This document shows, one piece after another, positions 1 through 6,997 of a stretch of 64,000 bases of DNA. The stretch is from a virus. Every line of letters begins with the position of its first letter. The stretch's first letter is position 1. Where the stretch lies: IMG/VR virus record IMGVR_UViG_3300023118_000001, positions 1 through 64,000 of that record. One strand, written 5' to 3'. A model generated the notes under the pieces. The model was given only the letters and a program-made list of their open reading frames with translations. It was not told the origin of the DNA and searched no databases. Position numbers and translations under genes: made by a program.

Positions 1-210
1 TTGTTGAAAGTGGCTGAAACTGGCGATTTATATCAGGGTCTCAGCAGCAATCCATACTCCCCTCACAGCGATCCCTTATATCTCCCCCATACCCCCTCTA
101 TACCCCCTCTTCTTGTTAACTCTGTAAGAGTAAGAGATACAGCCGTTCGTCTGGAATCTCTTGACAACACTATTTTCTTGTTTCCCTTCGGTAAACGAGA
201 GCCAACACCT

Positions 211-402
211 TCATGGCTGCCCAGGGTTGTGGACTCGGGTGGCACCGCGCCGCGGGCAGGCCCTGTGCGCTGCCCGACGCTCCATGACGCCGCACAGCGC
301 CACTCCGGGCAGCACAAGGGCGCAAAACGCGCCACAGAGCGTCACAAGGGCTGCCAGCGGCACCGACAGCCCCATGCTCAGCAGAAACGCCATCAGACCC
401 AT
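211..402 (-). CDS. small putative membrane protein
   Basis: Strong SD (AAGGAGG) before the ATG, hydrophobic N-terminal half, overlaps the stop of the upstream gene. Confidence 0.5.
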   Translation of the reverse strand: MGLMAFLLSMGLSVPLAALVTLCGAFCALVLPGVALCGVMERRAAHRACPRRGATRVHNPGQP

Positions 403-764
403 AAGTCGACCTCCTTGCTGAAGGGCGTGAAGTCAATCTCGCTGTCCTTCCACTGGTAGCCGCAGACGCCGGTTGCACGGCCACCTTGTTGCACCGCCTC
501 AGCCGGGGTGAAGCGCTGCCCCTCGATGGAATACACGAACTCGCAGTGATCCTTGATGATCGCCGTGAGGTAGGCGTCACGCAGACCTTCGGCGTAGGCA
601 TGGAGATTGGGGCGATCGCTGCTGATATAGCGGGTGACGTCCTCGGTGAACATGCGTTCGAAGTCGGCCCGTGCCAGGCGCAGCAGCTTGGTGATTTCGT
701 AGAGGGTCAGCACCGCGCTGCAAATGTGGGCGCGGCTGGTCAGCGCATCCTTGTTGCGGTTCAT
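393..764 (-). CDS. hypothetical early protein (123 aa)
   Basis: ATG at 764 overlaps the TGA of the upstream gene (ATGA coupling); coding-like codon bias. Confidence 0.75.
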   Translation of the reverse strand: MNRNKDALTSRAHICSAVLTLYEITKLLRLARADFERMFTEDVTRYISSDRPNLHAYAEGLRDAYLTAIIKDHCEFVYSIEGQRFTPAEAVQQGGRATGVCGYQWKDSEIDFTPFSKEVDLWV

Positions 765-1240
765 GCCTGCGCTCCTCGAGTGAGACGGGACAGGGTTTGA
801 GTGAGGGCGCCTACCAGGCCGCTGGTGGCGTAGTTGTCCAGCTGCGGCAGTGGCACACCGGTCTGCTGCGCAATCCACTGCGGGAGCTGGCGCAGGGCGT
901 AGACGATGCCCGCGTCACCCTGCTCCTTGGCGTTTTGCAGGGCCATGTCCCACGCACCGGGGTTTTCGATCAGGTCGCTCATTTTCAGGCGGCGCACCGG
1001 CGTCTTGGCGGTGCTGCGCAGCGGGCGGAAGTTGTGGTGGGTTTCGCACCAGTCGCTGAGCTTGTTGACGGCCAACGCGGTGTGGATGGCACCGATGAAG
1101 GTGTGCACCGGGTGCTGACCGTTGAAGCGGTACACGCTGCAAGCGTAGATATTGGTCAGGCTGAGGGGCAGGTCGAGGTCGGCGGACAGGTCGACGTTTT
1201 GCGCTTTGATCGCGGCGGACAGGCGGCACATGATGGACAT
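761..1240 (-). CDS. hypothetical early protein
   Basis: SD TAAGGA upstream; 159-aa ORF coupled to the next gene. Confidence 0.8.
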   Translation of the reverse strand: MSIMCRLSAAIKAQNVDLSADLDLPLSLTNIYACSVYRFNGQHPVHTFIGAIHTALAVNKLSDWCETHHNFRPLRSTAKTPVRRLKMSDLIENPGAWDMALQNAKEQGDAGIVYALRQLPQWIAQQTGVPLPQLDNYATSGLVGALTQTLSRLTRGAQA

Positions 1241-1375
1241 GGTGGGTATTCCTTATTGCTGATTTATGGGAGAAATTCGTTGTGTAACAAATACTTATGG
1301 GAAAATTTCCGAAGTCTTTTCAGAGTTTGGAAGCTTTCCTATCGGTATTCGCTGACAGCGTAGACGGCGCGCGCG

Positions 1376-1410
1376 AATAAAAAAGGCTCAGGCGTGGGGA
1401 CGCCTGAGCC
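1376..1410 (-). terminator. intrinsic terminator
   Basis: GGCTCAGGCGT-CCCC-ACGCCTGAGCC followed by TTTTTTATT on the minus strand. Confidence 0.85.
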
Positions 1411-1437
1411 AAGGGGCTCCAGTCTGCGGAGTGGGGG

Positions 1438-1701
1438 TTAGAAAATCAGGTTGGACCGCGTCGGGGCGCTGATTTGCACCGCGGCCGGCTGGACGTCGGC
1501 CATGGGCACCACTTCGCAAGTGGCTTGCCGGCCCATTAGCTGCAAGGCGTCGGCCATGGTCGCGCAATTCTCGATTTCGGCCATGGTCGCGCCGTCAAAG
1601 CGCTGCAACTCCGACCGTGAACACTGGTCGTGGGGAACAATGCCCGGCTGCACCGGGGCGGGAGAGCACGACAACACAAGCAAGAAAGCGGCAACGGCCA
1701 T
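1438..1701 (-). CDS. small exported/envelope Cys-containing protein (87 aa)
   Basis: SD AAGGA; hydrophobic N-terminus MAVAAFLLVLSC; 4 Cys. Confidence 0.65.
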   Translation of the reverse strand: MAVAAFLLVLSCSPAPVQPGIVPHDQCSRSELQRFDGATMAEIENCATMADALQLMGRQATCEVVPMADVQPAAVQISAPTRSNLIF

Positions 1702-1754
1702 GGAAGAGATCCTTTTGTGTGTGGGGCGCTGGGCGCCCCGATTGAGGGTTAGGG

Positions 1755-2522
1755 TTAGGCCGCTTTGGCGACTTTGCCACCGGCACGCTTGTCGGCGCCT
1801 TTGTTGTTGCCGTTGCCGTTGGTGCCGACGCCAGCGCTTTGCAGGGCTTTGGCCACGTCGACCGATTCGCCTTTGTTGGCTTCGGCGCTGAATTGAGCGT
1901 CGAGGGCCATGTACAGGGCTTTGGCGTGGGCCAGCGCTGACCAAAGTTCTTCTTTGGTGCCGATGAAGCGGGAATCCTTGAGGCACTTGAGGGCCTTTTC
2001 GGCTTGGTTGGCGAACGCCTTGGCGGTCATTTTCGGCGCCTCCTCCTCGGTCTCCTCGGGAGCGGCCTTTTCAAGATTCTTGAATTCCGTGAAAGTCAAA
2101 GCGAAGTCACCGAAGGCGCTGTAGAACTTCGAACCAACTTGTTTAACCGTGTCGGATTCCTCAGTGGCGCCGACCGCTACAAAGTGAGTCGCCACAATCG
2201 ACTCTTTTTGCAACTTCACAAGGCCCATTTTGTGGGACTTTTTGTCCCAAACAAGGCGCGGAAAGTGGGCTTTAATGTAGCGGTAAAGTTCGGTGCCCAG
2301 TTTCGACAAGTCGCCGGACTTCAAAGTCATAACCGGCAGTTGGAACAAAGTGTCGATCCAGTTACGGTTGCCGTGTTGGGCCATTTGTATGGCGGCGGCA
2401 TTCGCCCAAACAGACAGGATTGTTTCATGTTTGGAAAAGGACTTCTTGTAGGCGGCAATCAAACGGGCGTCTACAGTGGTGCCTTGTACTGTGATGGTTT
2501 TGATTTCGATTTGCTTAGTCAT
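1755..2522 (-). CDS. hypothetical early protein, first gene of the leftward transcript (255 aa)
   Basis: SD TAAGGA; Lys/Ala-rich; more A/T-rich codons than the structural genes. Confidence 0.85.
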   Translation of the reverse strand: MTKQIEIKTITVQGTTVDARLIAAYKKSFSKHETILSVWANAAAIQMAQHGNRNWIDTLFQLPVMTLKSGDLSKLGTELYRYIKAHFPRLVWDKKSHKMGLVKLQKESIVATHFVAVGATEESDTVKQVGSKFYSAFGDFALTFTEFKNLEKAAPEETEEEAPKMTAKAFANQAEKALKCLKDSRFIGTKEELWSALAHAKALYMALDAQFSAEANKGESVDVAKALQSAGVGTNGNGNNKGADKRAGGKVAKAA

Positions 2523-2783
2523 GATCTTATTCCTTATTGCTAGTGGGTTATGGCAAGGGCCCTTGGTATTAAGGGCCCTTGATCTAGCACACTAGGGGTT
2601 AGTGGTAGGGGGTTGTTAATTCTAAATGCTTAGTTCTAATCATCGGGCCTAGCCATGTAGGGTAGGCCCTTGTAGTCATTCACTATCCGTTGTTTGTATG
2701 TCGGTGGCGTGGCGTATGTAGTATCAGTATAAGGATAAGCAGCCGTCGCCCCGTGCGTCTCGGTTAGTGTGTTGCGGTCAGGG

Positions 2784-2796
2784 ATGTTAAAGAGTG
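2784..2796 (-). promoter_or_regulatory. second boxA-like antitermination element
   Basis: CACTCTTTAACAT on the minus strand, near-match to boxA GCTCTTTAACA. Confidence 0.55.
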
Positions 2797-3085
2797 GTAA
2801 CAATCTACAATGCATCACTAGGCTTTACCTGTATCTAACAACCCCGGTGGGGAGTGAACATGGCTCGATTCCGTTGATAAAGGTTAAACCGTATACAGGG
2901 CATCTGCTGTTTACCCTATCGGCCGTGTGGATATCCGATAGTGCCGTATACAGTATGGAAGTTAAGACTACGATCATATAGAAACCTGAGGCTGGTCAGG
3001 TTCTCGCAGGCAAGTCTTCCCCGTAACTCAAATTGCTTATTTGAGTTATTGTTGTCGCGGGAATCCGCAAGTGTGACGCATTGAA

Positions 3086-3098
3086 TTGTTAAAGAGCG
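3086..3098 (-). promoter_or_regulatory. boxA (NusB/NusE) antitermination element
   Basis: CGCTCTTTAACAA(TT) on the minus strand, ~80 nt after the promoter, preceded by a GTAAGGCCC/GGGCCCTAC hairpin (3130-3149). Confidence 0.8.
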
Positions 3099-3184
3099 GG
3101 CAAGGCGCGGGCAAAGGACCGGCCTAGCGGTAGGGCCCGAGGGCCTTACCTGTGAAGCGATTCGTTGTTGCTTGGTACATGTCA

Positions 3185-3213
3185 AATACTAGAGATATAA
3201 GGACATAAGGTCA
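3185..3213 (-). promoter_or_regulatory. strong sigma70 early promoter with UP element
   Basis: TTGACC-N17-TAGTAT on the minus strand with a T-tract-rich upstream region (3218-3244). Confidence 0.75.
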
Positions 3214-3453
3214 AGCGGAAAAAGAAAGAAAAGTGAAAATAAATGAGGGCCGATGCCAGGCACCCCACCCCCATTTTCTAGCACGGGAGTGACGTGCCAC
3301 AGTGCCTGGGTCATCCCTAGGATTTTTTACTTTTTTCAAATTTCCCCCTATCCTCCACCCACCCCGGCACGCTAGCCCGCAAGTCCCCTGCCGAACCCCG
3401 CGACACCGACGGTGTCACACCCCACAACACCCACGACAGGGAAGCCCCTCACC

Positions 3454-4287
3454 ATGACCACCACCAAGAAACCCCCACTCAAGACCAAAACCAAAACCAA
3501 AGCCGCCCCCACCAAGGCACGCAAGCCCAAAGCCTCGCCGACAGTGACCGACGCCCCCAAGCCCACAGTCACCAAGTCCGCCCGTGCCTCAGCCCAACCC
3601 AAGGCCGCACCAGGTGCGATCCCCGTCGGCGGCACCGACACTCAGGTCCAGGCCCGCAACGCGACCGAGATCCAGGCCGACGGCATCAACACGCAGGAAC
3701 AGGCCCTCGCCCTCGGCAAGCACTTTCTGCCAGCCAACACGGACCGTCCGCTGTCCGAAGCCGAGGCCTACTCGCTCAAGCCTGAAGACGTCGACAACTC
3801 GACCCTGGCCCGCGTGACCGAGCGCTTCAACGGCGTGGAGATGACTGAGGTCCCGATCCCCAGCTCCGAAGCCCTCGGCGCCCAGCCTGCCGTCGTGTAC
3901 ACCGGTGAAGCCCCGGCCTTCGCTGCCCAGCCTCAGCCAGACCCGGCCCCCAAGACCCCGGCCCAGGACGCCTTCGGCACCGCCGCTGAGCAGCAGTCCA
4001 TTCCACCGGCCAAGCGCCGCGCTGCGGTCGGCCTGCACTTCGCCAACCGGATCACTCGGTTGAAGATGACACTGCACGGTGTGGAGCAGCTGCCCGGCGA
4101 CGAGTCCAACCCGTTGACCCGCTGCTCCTTCGGCGCCGTCTATTCGGCGGACGAGATGAACGAGGACAGCGTGTATGGCAAGGCCACCCCGTATGCCAAC
4201 CTGCAATACAACGTGCGCAGTGATCTGGCGGCCGGCATGGAGGTCGGCGCTGCGTATTACATTGACGTCCAGAAGGTGCCGAGTTAA
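3454..4287 (+). CDS. hypothetical protein with Lys/Pro/Thr-rich N-terminus and small C-terminal domain
   Basis: Basic low-complexity N-terminus; C-terminal AVYS..N..KATP..YYID pattern recalled from other phage hypotheticals. Confidence 0.8.
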   Translation: MTTTKKPPLKTKTKTKAAPTKARKPKASPTVTDAPKPTVTKSARASAQPKAAPGAIPVGGTDTQVQARNATEIQADGINTQEQALALGKHFLPANTDRPLSEAEAYSLKPEDVDNSTLARVTERFNGVEMTEVPIPSSEALGAQPAVVYTGEAPAFAAQPQPDPAPKTPAQDAFGTAAEQQSIPPAKRRAAVGLHFANRITRLKMTLHGVEQLPGDESNPLTRCSFGAVYSADEMNEDSVYGKATPYANLQYNVRSDLAAGMEVGAAYYIDVQKVPS

Positions 4288-4362
4288 ATTTGGACCTCCT
4301 AAGGGTTGCACCGCTGCAAATCAGTCAGTCCCGACCATGAGTTCCTGACTGAGCAACACCCG

Positions 4363-4400
4363 AGACCTCCTGGGCCTAGTCCTCCCAGGAGGTCTTTTTT
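4363..4400 (+). terminator. intrinsic terminator
   Basis: AGACCTCCTGGG..CCCAGGAGGTCT followed by a T run. Confidence 0.85.
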
Positions 4401-4401
4401 A

Positions 4402-4430
4402 TTGCCCACGTTTCCCTCAGAAGCTATGCT
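4402..4430 (+). promoter_or_regulatory. sigma70-like promoter
   Basis: TTGCCC-N17-TATGCT. Confidence 0.55.
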
Positions 4431-4459
4431 CCGCTCGCCAACTAGCGAGGAAAGTGCAG

Positions 4460-4612
4460 ATGAACGACCTTTTCGTAGGAGTTTGGATGATGCTAGACAC
4501 CCTGTGGGACTGGTCCGCCTCGCTCAATACCTTCCACTTCATTGCCTTCACCGCCTGCTACGCAGTCGGCCGGCGCCACGGTAAGGAAACTCCCCATGTC
4601 CAACCCAAATGA
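4460..4612 (+). CDS. small membrane protein (50 aa, not in ORF track)
   Basis: SD GAGGA; MNDLFVGVWMMLDTLWDWSASLNTFHFIAFTACYAVGRRHGK... Confidence 0.6.
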   Translation: MNDLFVGVWMMLDTLWDWSASLNTFHFIAFTACYAVGRRHGKETPHVQPK

Positions 4613-5348
4613 CGCGCTGACATCCCTGAACTTCATCCCCGAATCCGAGCCAGGCAAGGGCGACGGTCAGGGCTGGCGACTGAAGAAGGACGGCACCGTC
4701 GAGATCTGCGGTGCGTTCGTCAAGGGCACGCGGTTCAGTTACCGCTGCGAGGCTGGTGAGCAGGGCCAGGTACAGATCACTCCGGAGACCTGCACCGCTG
4801 AGGTAAAACCGACCTACAAATGCCCGGGCAATATGGACTGGAGCATCCTCGACCTCGAATGGGTGGCTGACCTCGGGGTGTTGCAGACCAAGGGCTTCGA
4901 CGGTGTGAAGCCAGGCTTTCGCATGGGCACACTGGAGGTGAGCGAACCCACTGCGCGGGCACGCGAAGCTTCCGAGATCGCACACATCATGGGTACGACC
5001 GGCGCGATCCTTAAAGAGGCCGAGACCCGCGCAAAGGCCGACAGGGCTGCGGTATCCATGAGAATAGAGATGCCTGGTGGAACTGTGACGCTGGGTAACC
5101 TGGCAGGCAGCATGCTCGAGGAGTTCAGCAACGACACCGCAGCCCTGGTCGCCAACGCCACCCAAAGCCTCGAGCAGCTGATCAGCCACCACAACCGGAT
5201 GATCATCGAGATGGAGAAGATCGAGGGCGGTAGCATCGACTTGCTGATCATGGCCAGCCAGCAATTTCGCATGGGCGAGGCGCTGCTGCGGGAACTGTTG
5301 CGCAAAGTTGACACACAAGATGTTGACGACGGCCACAAACCTCGCTAA
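4596..5348 (+). CDS. hypothetical protein with a gpJ C-terminal-like GWRLxKxG motif
   Basis: SD TAAGGA before ATG 4596; GWRLKKDGTVEI resembles GWRLTKAGVFEM in this phage's gpJ. Confidence 0.75.
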   Translation: MSNPNDALTSLNFIPESEPGKGDGQGWRLKKDGTVEICGAFVKGTRFSYRCEAGEQGQVQITPETCTAEVKPTYKCPGNMDWSILDLEWVADLGVLQTKGFDGVKPGFRMGTLEVSEPTARAREASEIAHIMGTTGAILKEAETRAKADRAAVSMRIEMPGGTVTLGNLAGSMLEEFSNDTAALVANATQSLEQLISHHNRMIIEMEKIEGGSIDLLIMASQQFRMGEALLRELLRKVDTQDVDDGHKPR

Positions 5349-5351
5349 ATT
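5323..5351 (+). promoter_or_regulatory. sigma70 promoter of the tRNA/ncRNA operon
   Basis: TTGACG-N17-TAAATT. Confidence 0.7.
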
Positions 5352-5418
5352 GCGGGCTCTGACGCTCAAGGGTTTGCGGGTTGTGGGTTGACCAGTCCAA
5401 GGATGGACACCAAAGTTT

Positions 5419-5494
5419 GGGGGAGTCGTCAAGCGGTTAAGACCCGGGGTTTTGAACCCCGTATGCGTTGGTTCGATCCCAACCTCCCCTTCCA
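5419..5494 (+). tRNA. tRNA-Gln (UUG)
   Basis: Acceptor GGGGGAG/CTCCCCT, D arm GTC..GAC, anticodon stem CGGGG/CCCCG with loop TT-TTG-AA, TTCGATC T loop, encoded CCA. Confidence 0.93.
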
Positions 5495-5498
5495 TAGT

Positions 5499-5570
5499 TC
5501 CAGGTTGAAAGCGCAAGCCAGTGCGAAAGGTTTCACCTAACCCCGGTAAGTCTGGCTCGGGGAACCTGGA
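5499..5570 (+). ncRNA. compact three-way-junction RNA with complementary loops
   Basis: P1 TCCAGGTT/AACCTGGA; hairpin CGCA-AGCCAG-TGCG; hairpin CCCCG..CGGGG whose loop contains CTGGCT. Confidence 0.6.
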
Positions 5571-5578
5571 CCGAACAT

Positions 5579-5654
5579 AGCGAAGTAGCTCAGTTGGCAG
5601 AGTAATCCCTTCATACGGGACTGGTCGGTGGTTCGATTCCACTCTTCGCTACCA
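5579..5654 (+). tRNA. tRNA with CAU anticodon (elongator Met or lysidine Ile2)
   Basis: Acceptor AGCGAAG/CTTCGCT, D arm GCTC/GAGT, loop TT-CAT-AC, TTCGATT T loop, ACCA end. Confidence 0.93.
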
Positions 5655-5659
5655 AACAC

Positions 5660-5895
5660 GCGCAGGCTGCTCCGTTTTCTTGCAAGTGCGGAGCGGTTAT
5701 GGAAGCCCGATAGGAAGTAGGCCTCGTAAGCCGAAATGTCGAATAGGCGCCAGGATGGCGGAAAAGCCCGGGGTCCAAAGGAAGCGTACCAAGTGCTGGG
5801 GATCAGGATGACGCGCAAGGGCTGATGGAACCGCGACGGAGTAGCTACCCGTCCGCCCCATCCTAAGTTGCGGGAATAAGCCTGATCACTGACAC
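5660..5895 (+). ncRNA. GGA-rich structured ncRNA (candidate Rsm/Csr-type sponge)
   Basis: No credible ORF; 11 GGA trinucleotides; several hairpins and a nested rod 5801-5887; lies between a tRNA and a terminator. Confidence 0.55.
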
Positions 5896-5898
5896 ACT

Positions 5899-5931
5899 GA
5901 AAGCCCGGTCATAGTGCCCGGGCTTTCTTTT
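5899..5931 (+). terminator. intrinsic terminator of the RNA operon
   Basis: GAAAGCCCGG..CCGGGCTTTC followed by TTTT. Confidence 0.85.
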
Positions 5932-6077
5932 GTCCGCAAACCCCGCTAACCTGCGAGTTATGTCGGCCCGTGACCCCGAGTACCTAATCCTCTATTGACC
6001 CACGGATAACGGCCACCAGGCTGTAACGGAGCAAGAAGCTCTCGCCGACGCCCAACTCAACGAACGGATTCCTTGCC

Positions 6078-6368
6078 ATGTCCCAGCCAACCGCCAACAT
6101 CCAGGACCTCATAGCCTTCGTCGCCGAGAACACCGGCTCGACCAAGGACGAGGCCAAGGTCTTCATCCATGCCACGCTGCATGGGATCAACCAACTGGTC
6201 AACGACCACAACAAGCTCACGCTGCGAGAGTTCGGCCGCTTCGAGCTGCGCTACCGCAAGGCGCGGATCAACAGCAAGCCGATCCAGGGCAAGCCGACGA
6301 CCATCCCGGCGCGAGAGCTGCTGCACTTCACGCCGAGCAAACTTCTGGCCAAAGAGGCGGACTACTGA
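6078..6368 (+). CDS. HU/IHF-family DNA-binding protein
   Basis: DLIAFVAENTGSTKDEA, LREFGRF, RKAR..P.QGKPTTIPAR..FTPSKLL match the HU fold pattern. Confidence 0.9.
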   Translation: MSQPTANIQDLIAFVAENTGSTKDEAKVFIHATLHGINQLVNDHNKLTLREFGRFELRYRKARINSKPIQGKPTTIPARELLHFTPSKLLAKEADY

Positions 6369-6997
6369 TGGCTACGCGCAGAACTGTCAAGGATATGATG
6401 GACGATCCGAACTACGACGCCCGCACGCTGGAGCACGTCGGGAAAGGGCCAGGCGTGCCGATCGCCGATGACCACCCGACTAAGTACCCGCCGATGGCCA
6501 GCCCGATCCCGGTCACCAGCATGGCCACGCTCAAGTACGCCGATCGCCCGCTGTACGAGGGCATCCAGTCGCTGCTGGTGAACCTCAAGCACGACATGCT
6601 GCCTGAGAACATCCAGATGGAGATCATCGAAGCGATGTCGCCGTCGTCCAAGCGCGCCCTGGTGCAGCAGATGGCTGGGCTCGATGCCTCGGTGCTGGTG
6701 ACGTTCAAGGCTCAGCTCAAGCTGATCGACGCCGTCTGCACCCGGGTGATCAACCCCGACGGCACGCCGCGCCTGAACCACGGTCTGGACATCAGCGTGA
6801 AGGACGCGCTGAATATGTCGATGAAGGTGATCGGCATGCTGGTCAAGGACTTGCCCAAGGTGCTGACCCTGTCCCGCGTGCAGCGCCTGGAAGACAGTCT
6901 GCTGGAGGTCGTGCACTCGCTGCCCAAGGACAAACAGGACGAGGTGCTGCTGCTCCTCGAGGAATCGGAACGCAAGGCCGCGAGGGAAGGGAAATGA
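6368..6997 (+). CDS. putative terminase small subunit
   Basis: Helical 209-aa protein upstream of TerL; the call is positional. Confidence 0.5.
   Translation: MATRRTVKDMMDDPNYDARTLEHVGKGPGVPIADDHPTKYPPMASPIPVTSMATLKYADRPLYEGIQSLLVNLKHDMLPENIQMEIIEAMSPSSKRALVQQMAGLDASVLVTFKAQLKLIDAVCTRVINPDGTPRLNHGLDISVKDALNMSMKVIGMLVKDLPKVLTLSRVQRLEDSLLEVVHSLPKDKQDEVLLLLEESERKAAREGK

Noticed and set aside
1-459. 152-aa plus-strand ORF at the window start
   Set aside because: Atypical composition, runs antisense to SD-supported minus-strand genes, and has no recognisable motif
2636-3185. Short ORFs in the early leader (60-89 aa)
   Set aside because: No SD or coding bias; they overlap the promoter, boxA elements and hairpins
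5495-5578. Third tRNA or known self-cleaving ribozyme (theta/HDV, twister, pistol, hammerhead)
   Set aside because: No TTCGA T loop or CCA end, and the catalytic core consensuses could not be matched by eye; kept as an unknown ncRNA
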